Notes under the pieces: model-generated | Told to the model about the DNA's origin: nothing | Database searches by the model: none | What the model saw: only the letters and a program-made list of their open reading frames with translations | Translations under genes and position numbers: made by a program | Shown here: positions 1 to 10,126 of the stretch, in pieces | Layout: each line of letters starts with the position of its first letter | How positions within the stretch are numbered: the stretch's first letter is position 1 | Origin: Podarcis filfolensis | Lineage: Eukaryota | DNA: 64,000 bases | Reading direction: 5' to 3' (one strand) | Assembly (NCBI GenBank): GCA_964270895.1 | Contig: OZ185444.1

Positions 1-1507
1 AGGTGGTGGAACCTGGACATTGCCCGTTCTGAAGTAGGTCTGAACCAGCGGAACATGGCTCAGTTGTACTTAGGAATCCAACAAATGTGACAATTATCTA
101 TTTGGCTGCCATGAGTGCTCAAATGCATGAAAGAGCGAGCAATGCAATTTATAAACAAATAATAAACAAATCCCTGCGAGGCAGGTTAGTCTGAGAACCA
201 GTGACTTGTCAAAAGGATGCCCTGTGAGCATTATGGCTGAACAGTGGATTTTAGCATGGCTCATCTATATCTATACCCAAAGCTTTTGCAATTATACTAC
301 CTTAGCTCACACATGTATATATGCCTAGTTAGAGATCCCACTGAAACAGGGACAAGCCCTAAAGTTGCACCAATATTCCATGAGTTTGGAGAGAGTTTAT
401 TGTGGATTTTGCCAGCATGGCCTAGCGCTGTGAGTGTTAGCCTTGGTGCTGGTGTCAAACCCAAGCTCAGCCATGTACCAAGTGGTTCTAGGCAAGCCCT
501 TTCTCTCCATCCCAACCCGTAACATAAAGAGGGGCTGCCCTCAAGGGTTTGAAGGAAGGTAAAATGATATGATATGTGTCTATCATGCACCTTAAGAGAT
601 AGGCTATAAATAGAGATTATCCCTTATATATATGCATACTAGGATACTCAGACCATACACAACTCCTTCATTGCTAATATACACCACACATCTAGAGTTG
701 TGTGTAGAAATAAGTAAGTGGAATAACAACAACAACAACTTAAAAAGAACATTCTTTGGCCAGACATTCCAATTTCTGGACCAAGAAAATTTCTGCACCC
801 TATAGTGCAGTACATATGCATAACTTCTCTTATTTTGTACAACAGATGCTGTGATCTTTACAATCTTGCATGATTTTGTCTGGTATTGCTAATTATGAGC
901 GGAGTCAAGGAAATATGGAGGAAACCGAAGCTTTAACCCAACCACCGCTCCACCTCCTGAGATTTCTGCAAACACTGCCTCCATGCTTTCAAGCAGAGCT
1001 TTATAGACACAGGGACTAGAAAAGTGCCATTTATATATGAAAAGTGGAAAAAAAGAGAAAGCTGGGATTCTCAGAAAACTAAATTCTGCACTCGTCACAT
1101 TCTGCACTTTTTCTATGCTATTGCAGAACTGTGACATGCACAGAAACCTGAATGCACTTCTGTTCTACCTAAGCACATGCCCTTAAAATACATTCAACAT
1201 CCCTCCACATTTCTATTTTGTTTCGGGAGACACGGTGGGCAAACTTATGTGGTGCAGATGGGCTTGGACAGACTTAACTGTTTCTGATTAATCAGTGCAT
1301 GCACAGCTACAACAAGACCTCTGCAAATATCACAACTGCCCCATTTCCTGCAAGAAATACCTTCAGTTTCAAGACCACCCTGCCCACCCTTTGCCCTCAC
1401 CCTCCAATCTATGCAGATTATTTCTTACACAGGAAGGCCAATGTTTCCTTGGACGATGACATCCCAGTGGTGAGCTCCCCCAAGCCATGTCTCTGTCCCT
1501 CCCATGG

Positions 1508-1708
1508 TCACCGGGAACCGTTCCCTGCTGGGGCCAAGGGGTTGGGCCACTTTTGCTCAAACTTTTCAAAAAAGAGCTCGTCCGTGAAGGGCCCGCTGTG
1601 CACAATGGCGTCAAGGATGAAGTAGAGTGCCACCACCATGCCGCTGATGAGGCAGAAGGGCAAGAAGGGTTTGAGGTGCTGCCAGAAAGTCTGCAGACAG
1701 ATGTTCAT
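1508..1708 (-). CDS. Candidate 66-aa single-pass membrane microprotein nested in TOM1 intron 11 (or alternative TOM1 terminal exon)
   Basis: ATG..TGA ORF MNICLQTFWQHLKPFLPFCLISGMVVALYFILDAIVHSGPFTDELFFEKFEQKWPNPLAPAGNGSR. 52 of 66 codons end in G/C. Residues 15-36 are hydrophobic. The in-register antisense frame is open (1487-1819 +). Pyrimidine-rich tract and AG acceptors upstream (1767, 1714). Confidence 0.6.
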   Translation of the reverse strand: MNICLQTFWQHLKPFLPFCLISGMVVALYFILDAIVHSGPFTDELFFEKFEQKWPNPLAPAGNGSR

Positions 1709-4651
1709 GGGGATCTGGGAAGACGCACGAGCCAGCTGTGGTGGTTGCCCACAAAAAGGGTCTCAGTCTGGAAGCGAAGCCGCAGGAAGGGAGGGGGGAA
1801 AAGGCACAGGAGAGCATGAGGGGCTGTAGAAGAGACAGTCCTGAGATGGCTTGCTGGCAAGAAAGTTAAAAGTAGGAGGCAGATAGTCCAGTTGGAGAAA
1901 GAGGAATAAATAGAAGGAGCCTCTTTATCGGAAAGATCACACCCGTCACAGGAGGATCAGGTTTTGCTGGAGAAGTTAACAGTGCTCAGTTCCAGGGTTG
2001 GGAGGAGAGTGGCCGGAGTGTGCGCCAAGAGGTTGGGTTTCAGCATAAGATCAGCTGCTTCCAGCCTTCTCGCTCTCTGCCTTGTTTCTGCACAAATCGA
2101 CTCCACTCCGCACTCAGCAAACCGTTTGCTGAGAACAACATTCGGACAGCGTTTTACACAGCATCCTTCTCCCTGTGTCTGGTGTGCTCGACTGGCTCTT
2201 TGCGAGGGCAATCTGTGAGTCAAGAATTATAAGCCCTTTCAGCGGCAGAAAGAGCTGCAGCAATGGCAATTAGAAGGATGCTGGCTCCCAGCCCGGTTTG
2301 CTAAGTGTTGGGGGTGGAGTGCATTTCGTGCTCAAGCGTAACCGCACATGCCCAAAACAAACATCTGTTTCTACAATCAGCAGGGGTCACTGAAAGGCTT
2401 CTTGCAGGTTAGCAATACCGAGCCTAGGACTTTTCCCTCAGACACATCTGTGGGTTTTGGAACTACAAGGCTGAATTTGCTGAGTACAATGGAAAAGACC
2501 ATATCTTCCACACCTAAGTCCTCTACGGAATAACCATGCTTAGCATTATATACTACTTCCTGAGCATGCAGAGTGCTCTGCATAATTCTAACCAGTAATC
2601 CTTCAGGCAGCCAACCTGAAAGATAGGTTGCAATTATAATTAACCCCCTATTGCAGATTTGGGGTGGAGGGGGAAAGGGTGGCTGTGAGAATAGTGGCTG
2701 CCCTGAAGCCAACTGGTGAATTCATGGCTGAGGTGAAATTGGCCTCAGGAACTTCCTCGTAGAGTTTAGCTGAAGTGTCAGACTCATCCTATTTGTGGGC
2801 AGTAAAGGAGATGGGGAATGTTTCAAGGTAAGATCCACTCAGTAGTCACTGGCCATCATTTCCTCATCCCCTTGATGTTCCACCATGATGTCCTGTTGCA
2901 CAGGGGGAGCGTTCTGGGGAAAACATTTGATGGCCCTTCTTCCCAGAAACCCCCACAGCTCAATGGTACATCATGGTATAGCATGTCAAGAGGCTTCTGG
3001 GGGAAAAGACTGTGGCTGTCAAAAGGAACACTGACTGCTTCAGCTGTTACTGCCATGTGGTATCTGTGAAATAAGGAATAAGGATGTGAACAGAAGGATG
3101 TGAATCCTTGAAATTGTCTGCAAGTTCCGCAAAAAGTTTTCATTGGAGAACTTTTGGCCTACTCTTACATTTTGGCTCTCAAGAAATCTAGATCATTGCA
3201 ACTGGGACAGCAGGAGCAAACAAGGTATGTGACTTAAGATACAGATAATGTATGGTGCAGGGGAAAGCAAACCTCCTCTTTACAGGAATATTCATTCCCT
3301 GCTTTAACCACCCCCCCTCCCCACATAGATCAAGTCATTTTTGTATGTGTGAGATTTGTTTTCAAAACTAAGGAGGAAACGGAAATTCCAAAATCTTGAA
3401 ACTTTCACTCTAGGTTACCCCAGAGAATTTTAAAAAATGCATTTATTTACTTAGTACCACAATAGCTATTTCCCTCTGGGATACTGTACAAGAAAATACT
3501 ATAAGCAAAATATAAAAATCATATGAATTCTGTAATGGAAAGAAGCAATGCTAAGTAAAGTATGTGTATCATAAGAAGAGGTTTGTCTCCTTTTCCAGGC
3601 TACAAGCATGGGCAACTGTAAGAAGCAAAATACAAGTACTGGGTATGGCTGGTGTTTACTCTCCTGGAGTATTATCTGCAGCACTGAAACACAGCCCTGC
3701 TCTCCATTTGGCCCACGCCGTTAACAATAAATTATCCATTTCACTGCTGCTAAAATTCCAGGAAGCCATTAGAGAATGACAACATAACAGACAAGGGGGG
3801 AAAAAAAAGAGTAGTGGAGAGAGTTAAGTGCTAATGAAAACTCAAGACTGCCTTCATTAGTTCTGGTGGGGATGGACAACAGCAGCAGCAATAAACAAAA
3901 CCAAAACAAATCAGTCTCCTAAAAGACCAGGGTTTTAAACAGTACAGACAGTCTGCTCTTGAACTCCACCACCAAAGAACATTCAGACTGGAAAATGAAA
4001 GATGGGTGTGACATTGGAAGAGTCACTCCTGCACCACAAGCAACCATGCAAAAGGGAAATGGAAGCTGGCGAAAGAGCAGGGACAAACATGTAGCCTTTT
4101 TCCTATCCTGAAAAACTGGGCATAAGAAGGGCTGAGCCAACACAGTTTGGAAAACAAAGTATCTAACAGCAATTCACTGGAAATAGAAACTATTTGTCCC
4201 CAAAGGGCTCTGCGCTGGCACTCAAGTCCCTAGGGGGCTTCAACTACACCTGCTGAGTACAAGCTTGTTTGTTTGGTATCTCTTATTAAACATACTATTC
4301 ATCCGACAAGCACCCTTGATTTCAGTTTCTCCTTTTCCTACTTGCGATACCCTAGAATTTAGGGCTTATTGATTTGCTTAATCACATGGAAAAAATATCG
4401 AGGGGCAGAGGGCCATAGTTTCTAGCAAAACAAGTCCTGCTTTTGAAAAAATTAAATAACAATTCTGCATGGATATAAACCATATTTTGCACCAAAAGCC
4501 AAATTCCTCTGTTTCTATACATTATGCAAACCTGCATAACTTCTCTTGTTTTGAGTTATGAATGAATGAACGTTCATTATTAAGCCTGAACAGCCAGCAT
4601 GCAACCCTTGTATACAACACCTAATTTGCAGCAGCAGGTGCTGTCACTTAC

Positions 4652-4772
4652 TCTTTGCGTTGATCGGCCAAGTTGCTGCCTCGGGTCAGTGCAAACATGT
4701 CAAACTCTTCCTCCAGCTTGCCAGAATTGTTGAGGGACTGCAGTCCTGCACTGACGCTGCCGGAACCCAGAT
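4652..4772 (-). CDS. TOM1: TOM1 coding exon 11 (121 nt; [39 protein letters not shown]), ends in phase 2
   Basis: ttcag acceptor and gtaag donor; translation matches the recalled TOM1 segment [19 protein letters not shown]; frame continuous with exon 10. Confidence 0.95.
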
Positions 4773-5216
4773 CTGAAAGGCGTAAAAAGTCAAGAAGAAG
4801 GTAACATCTAACACACGTTCAGATCAGCAAAGCATAATACATACCTGTCTGAAAATAGGATCACAGGAGGTTTCATTTCTTTTTGCTGGTAAGGATAATT
4901 TTATGAAGGGTTGCATGTGCCATGCCTCCTCTGTAAAATACCTCTCCTCTCCCTCCAACCCACTCATCCCATGTGCTGCTATCAGGGTAAGTTATGAACA
5001 TCTGCATACATTTGCTGGCTTGGCATGACTGATTCTGCTACCTTATATTAAATTAATTCTGAAGTTTTTAAAGCAAGGACTGAGGGAGCATAAAGAAGGA
5101 AAGATACAGAAGCTAGAAGACAGGTGGGTGAGCTAGTGGCTCCCAGAATCATGGGGCTGGGGTAGGGGGCAGACAAGGAAACCACACAGCAGAAGGAACA
5201 CAGGTAAGTTACTCAC

Positions 5217-5325
5217 TCATTTCTGCAAGCTGAGATGAAAGCGTGGAGGCGGCTTCTGGTTTTTTTTCTACTGCATTAGGTCCCACATCAATCAAATTGC
5301 TTGCATTTTCTGCATTGTTTAGCTG
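5217..5325 (-). CDS. TOM1: TOM1 coding exon 10 (109 nt; QLNNAENASNLIDVGPNAVEKKPEAASTLSSQLAEM), contains clathrin-box-like LIDV
   Basis: ttaag acceptor (tandem CAG follows) and gtgagt donor; matches TOM1 DLIDMG...LSSQLAGM; phases 0/1 fit the neighbouring exons. Confidence 0.9.
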
Positions 5326-5387
5326 CTTAAAAGAGACAAAAAGTTTGCTTCACTATTTTGAAACTATTCTCACAGCATTTCTAACCA

Positions 5388-5396
5388 ATCATCATC

Positions 5397-5428
<32 letters not shown>

Positions 5429-5470
5429 TTATTACTTATACCCCACCCATCTGGCCATGCTTTCCCAGCG
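5388..5470 (-). repeat. (CAT)n microsatellite attached to an L2-type LINE 3' tail
   Basis: About 13 CAT units followed by atttattacttataccccacccatctggcc, the same tail seen at 5713, 11340, 46400 and 63050. Confidence 0.75.
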
Positions 5471-5664
5471 TGGTTCTGCTTTGGGAGGCCACGAGTTTTG
5501 AATAACTGAGGAAATCTAAAACACCATTCATGACCCAAAAAATTCTGAGAAATTTGGAAATAATGGAATCAGCCTCACCAAGAATAAGACAAAATATCTG
5601 AATCCGCCACATTGAGGACTGTGCCCCTTGGTTCTAATGTGCTACTATCTTACCCTTCTAAGAA

Positions 5665-5668
<4 letters not shown>

Positions 5669-5712
<44 letters not shown>

Positions 5713-5760
5713 TTTTTTTATTTATACCCCAGCCACTCTGGGCGGCTTTCAACAGATCAT
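5669..5760 (-). repeat. (AAT)n microsatellite plus L2-type 3' tail
   Basis: About 14 AAT units followed by ataccccagccactctgggcggctttcaac. Confidence 0.8.
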
Positions 5761-5806
5761 TAAAAACCTTGTTAGCATGCATTAAAAGGAAGGAACACTC
5801 ATTCAC

Positions 5807-5840
5807 CTTAGCAGGCTGGCCAGATCGGAGCCGTTCGAAC
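5807..5840 (-). CDS. TOM1: TOM1 coding exon 9 (34 nt; FERLRSGQPAK)
   Basis: AG/GT boundaries; matches human FERFRTGQTTK exon of the same length. Confidence 0.93.
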
Positions 5841-5953
5841 CTATGAGAAAGAGAGAGGTGAGCAGATGAGCTCAGGTGGAAGGTTTACACAAGCTGTTTT
5901 GCTTGCAAGGGGGTGTGGGCTGGGGAACGAGCAGGGGAGGGGCATGGGAATAC

Positions 5954-6087
5954 CGTTCGTGGCGCAGGAAAATGTTGTTGAGGTTGTCATTGACAATGAG
6001 CAGCTCCTCTGTTAGCTGTTCATTGAGGATGCGGGGGATCAGCTCCAGCACACGCTGCTGCATCGCTTTACATGTCCGGTTCAGCTC
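5954..6087 (-). CDS. TOM1: TOM1 coding exon 8 (134 nt; GAT domain, [45 protein letters not shown])
   Basis: Near-identical to recalled TOM1 GAT domain; tag acceptor and gta donor. Confidence 0.97.
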
Positions 6088-6321
6088 CTACCCATGGCAA
6101 GAGAACGTACATTGTGAAAACTGAACCAAACAGCCTAGGTTAACAAGTGGCAGTTAGTAACCAGCCCGGGCTAAAAATCCATTCCTACTGCTCGAGTCAC
6201 TGGCGTGATGGGTTATTTTTGTCGGCATAAGCTAAGCCCACCTCAGCACTTGCTGGCCCGAACCAAATTAAGTCCTTACTCACAGCAGCAGAGGCAAACT
6301 TGTGCTGCAGCCGCTTCCTAC

Positions 6322-6438
6322 CTGGAGCAGGTCAAGGTCGGAGGTTTCAGCTTGTCCTGGCACAAGCTCCGTGAGCATCTCAGACATCACTTTCACATTC
6401 CCATTCACCACTTCCAACTTGCTGCGTAGTTTCCCAAT
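6322..6438 (-). CDS. TOM1: TOM1 coding exon 7 (117 nt; GAT domain, [39 protein letters not shown])
   Basis: ttcag acceptor and gtagg donor; matches TOM1. Confidence 0.97.
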
Positions 6439-6857
6439 CTGAAAGCACAAATACAGCCATTACGTCCAGCTGGACTTTCCACTCTTAGAGAAGGACGCAG
6501 GAAATTACCTTGTACTATCAGACTATTGATTGACCTAGCCCAGTACGATCTGATCTCTCCAAAGACAGGCTTTCCCCCACCCTGCTGCCTGTGATGTATA
6601 TCTGTGTATGCATACATGTGTGTGTGTGTGTATGTATTAGGACCTGGCCATACCCTTGCTAAACAAATGAGACCTCTGACACTGCTCCTTCAGGCACATT
6701 TTCATTACTGTTGTAACTGTGGAACTTGCAACCATGGAAGAAGCAGGGTTCCTTTTTATGAAACAGTCTCTTCTCCATATGAGGAATCGAATGACTTGTG
6801 GAACATGGGGGGGGCCACCCCCCAAGCTGGATGTATTGCAATAATATCACTACACTG

Positions 6858-7027
6858 TAGAGATGGAAAGCCCTAGAAAAACCCTGGAAAAATTGGAAAA
6901 GTGTGTGGAATATTCAAACTATATCAAACTGTGTTTTTTTTCAATTTTCCTGAAAAAAAACGGCTTTGGGGAAAAACAGGTCCCCCCCCCATTTCTCCGT
7001 CCCCCCCCCAAGGCCTTCCCATCTCTA
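6858..7027. mobile_element. hAT-type MITE
   Basis: Imperfect TIRs TAGAGATGGAAAGCCCT / AGGCCTTCCCATCTCTA; 8-bp TSD ctacactg / ctacgctg. Confidence 0.75.
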
Positions 7028-7048
7028 CTACGCTGAAGTTGAACCTAC

Positions 7049-7195
7049 CTGCTCTGGTGTCGGTGTGATGGGGGCATCCGTGGCGGCCCCTGGAGAGACA
7101 GGGAGAGACACAGGATGCAGAATAGACTCTATTGCTTGAGGGGAGTCTGCTGCTGGTGAATTCACTCCGGTAGGGGAGCCTGAGGTATATACAGT
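7049..7195 (-). CDS. TOM1: TOM1 coding exon 6 (147 nt; VHS-GAT linker, TVYTSGSPTG...PITPTPEQ)
   Basis: tctag acceptor and gtagg donor; open frame; same length as human exon; ends PTPEQ. Confidence 0.93.
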
Positions 7196-7350
7196 CTAGA
7201 GAGGAATCCGTAAAATAAAAGAGAAAGTGGTTCAGTAACAGCTGAAAAAAGGCAAAGGATATTTTTCCCCTCCTACTCTATTAATTCACCCAGCAATGTT
7301 CTACGGTGTTTTCTGCTCTCTTTGGTGTTCCCCTGAGTAATTTGTTTATT

Positions 7351-7571
7351 AATTACATTTATATGCCACCTTTATCTTCCAAGGAGCTCAAGGGAGTGTA
7401 CATGGTTCTCCTCCCCATTTCATTCATACAACAACCCTGTGAGGTGGGTTAGGCCAAAAGATGGTGACTGGCCCAAGGTCACCGAGTGAGCTTCAGGGCT
7501 GAGTGGGGATTCAAACCCTGCTCGCCCAGGTCCTAGTCCAACACTCTAACCATTACGCCACACTGGCTCTC
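7351..7571 (-). mobile_element. tRNA-derived MIR/CORE-like squamate SINE
   Basis: Reverse complement starts with box A/B-like tggcgtaatggttagagtgttggactaggacc...gggtttgaatcccc; related copies at 26570-26760 (+) and 26832-27074 (-). Confidence 0.7.
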
Positions 7572-8499
7572 CAGTAATGAGCTGGACATGAAGCCCGCCA
7601 ACATCCTTACATTCTCTGGGCTGACCATTAATCCTCCTATTTGGATTCCAAAACAGACTGCCCTCAATGAAATGCACCCCAGCCACAGGTCCCAATGAGC
7701 TGACAGAAACTAGGTTTTTGTCTCCATATGTGCAGTGAGGACTCTAGTAAGCTTCAATGTACTGCTTGCTTTTTAAAACTGAAGAGGCTGAATTAGGTCT
7801 TGTACTAATGGAGAAACGGCTGAAAATATACTAGGGTCAAACCTTTCAGGCCAGCTTTTCTTCACCATTGTGAAGTAGGAAACCACTTCAGACAAATACA
7901 AATGTTTCCAATAATCCAAATGTTGCTATATCTTATAAAATAGCGAAGAAACCTATCAGCATTATATCTGAAAGCAACAGCAGTGCATACATTATTGCTG
8001 AAAATGCTGGGAACATTTGTAATTTTTACTCTTTATCTTGAACACAGAATCTGGACTCTCAGTTTATTCCCCCTTTGCAAATGCCTTTCCCTCTGGTTCT
8101 TCACTCTTCACATTAGACCAGCTTTGTGTTCAAGCCCTTCCCTCGTCGCCATAGACAAGAAGCAACAGCATGCAGGAGAGTGATTGGGATTCCATGCAGG
8201 CTTGTGAACTGGATGGCAGAGAAGGGGGAGCAGTAGCTCACTGCATCTCTCCCCCAAACATGAAAACTAAGTGGGCTGCCAAAGGTGAGAGGGAATCCCC
8301 CTCCTCTGTCCCTAGAACAGAACTGCAGCAGGCTGGTGCAAGAGGAATGGAGCTCTCTGCCTCTCTTCTGCCAGTCCCTAGCAAACTAGTAAATATGCTT
8401 GCAGGCTAGTAACTTTTGTGGGGTTATTTGCAAGACTGCATTATACTCTTCCAGGAGCTACGGGTTTAAAAAGACCCTCATAATGAAAGAAAACCTTAC

Positions 8500-8634
8500 C
8501 CTTTGTGGTGTATGGATGGGTGAGAGCATATCCAGATCAGTCATGGGAAACTCCAAGCCTTTCCTCCTCAGGTCCTCATAAACAGCCACAACTCCTGTCA
8601 GGTCTGGTGTACTACGGAATGCATCTGCCCAGGA
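8500..8634 (-). CDS. TOM1: TOM1 coding exon 5 (135 nt; [45 protein letters not shown])
   Basis: ctgcag acceptor and gtaagg donor; matches the end of the TOM1 VHS domain. Confidence 0.97.
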
Positions 8635-9446
8635 CTGCAGAGACAGAAAACAGGTACCGCCTCACAGTCTCATAATCTGTCTTCCCTTTCTTAAATTCTC
8701 ATGGGGGAGAAGAGCAGGGTGTGTTATTGCTAAGAATCTGTAAGAGCACAGAAAAATTGCATAATGTGGTATTGGGAGCAGGATTCAACTTTCCAGAAAA
8801 TCTCTCCTTTGTTTATTTATTTAGCTTCTAGGCCTTATGGCTTCAAATATAGGTATTAAAAAATGTGTCAACTATGTCAGCTGAAACCTCAGCAGTGGCT
8901 GAATAATATGTTTGGTAGCTGAAAGCAGGCTTCAGTGCCCTGTCTGCCTTCTTCCTCCTCCTACCTTCTTTCCTCCGACACCGGGATACATTATGCAAAA
9001 CAGCATATGCTGAAGAACAAATTATGCAAATGAGATATATTATGCAAATTGAATATATCTATATGTGTGTGTGTGTTGCAGAATTCAGCTTTTCTTGACT
9101 GAGGATTTGGATTGTAAAGAGTGTAACTTTTTTACTTTTTAAGGAACGGAATATACTCAGACCTGAAAAAACCTGGGTGTGTGCCTCAGCCCAGGTTCAG
9201 ACTCAAAATAACTATATCTATTGTGGGGGTCACATTTTAATTCTGTGTCACTGTTCATGTGCAGCATAGTAGGCAGCCCCTGAAGGGCAGATGCAGTGCT
9301 AGAGAGATTAATGCACAAAGTAGCACCTTGCCATACTTACATTTGAACTGACTTCCTTTGCTTCCTTCTGTTTAATTTGCTGGGAGTTATTTGCCCGCAA
9401 AGGAAGGCAACTGAGCACACCTGTGCAACTCATCTCATGCACTCAC

Positions 9447-9596
9447 CTGTATGAGGGTCAGCACCTTGTCGTGTACAATGGCCGGAGGATTGTTTTTGGG
9501 AAGAATAGTTCGCACCAGCACACCTTCTACAAAGTCCTGGCTAGCGACCAGCGTGTGGAAGCGGTGGCCACAGTTTTTGACACATGTTTCAAGGAC
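9447..9596 (-). CDS. TOM1: TOM1 coding exon 4 (150 nt; VHS domain, [50 protein letters not shown])
   Basis: Diagnostic VHS sequence; acag acceptor and gtgagt donor. Confidence 0.98.
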
Positions 9597-10047
9597 CTGT
9601 AGAACCAAATAAGATGTCAGCGAAGGGGTTTTCGGTCCTCCTTCCCATGCAATCCCAACTGGAAATATCAGTATTTCCACTGCAAAAGTTCCAAATGGCA
9701 GGCACGCATAAGGATATGTTTTGGTACCCAGGGTATTTCCACTTGCTTTTGACTAAATCAAACACGCACGACATATTTTTGTAGTCTTTTGGTGCTTTCC
9801 CACTACTTAATCCAAGATTTAACATCCCCGCTCAAAGGTTATACCTTTTTTTGGATATACCTTCAGACTATCTCTGTCATTGATTTAGCTACTGAAGTAA
9901 ACAGAATCAAATGATTATAATGGCACTCTGCCCTATAACTCCTCCTGCAATAGATGACAAGAAGCAAATGCAGAATACTGTTGGGTTGGGGGGTGGGAAG
10001 AAATTGACAGGTTCTTGTGGTTATTGAAAAAAGGGTATCATACTCAC

Positions 10048-10126
10048 TGTCAAAGCCAGCATCACCTCATGGAAGTTCTTATTCCCTACAATCCTTTTCT
10101 TTATGGCTCGGAAAGCATCTTTGGGG
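10048..10126 (-). CDS. TOM1: TOM1 coding exon 3 (79 nt; [26 protein letters not shown])
   Basis: ttag acceptor and gtgagt donor; matches TOM1. Confidence 0.97.

Noticed and set aside
1-69. Possible exon at the window edge (ttcctaag|TACAACTGAG...)
   Set aside because: Weak acceptor, truncated by the window edge, and no match to TOM1.
1487-1819. 110-aa plus-strand ORF
   Set aside because: In-register antisense shadow of the codon-biased minus-strand ORF at 1508-1708.
2377-2712. 111-aa minus-strand ORF
   Set aside because: No codon bias or recognisable domain; its best acceptor is out of phase with TOM1.
1-4651. TOM1 exons 12-15 (VKYEDPQA, MEDIEQWL, EEFDKFLEER)
   Set aside because: Searched by eye on the minus strand and not found; presumed to lie left of the window.
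8990-9050. Cluster of ATGCAAAT octamer motifs
   Set aside because: Similar AT-rich tatgca-containing sequence recurs at about 820 and 4520, which suggests an old repeat rather than an enhancer.
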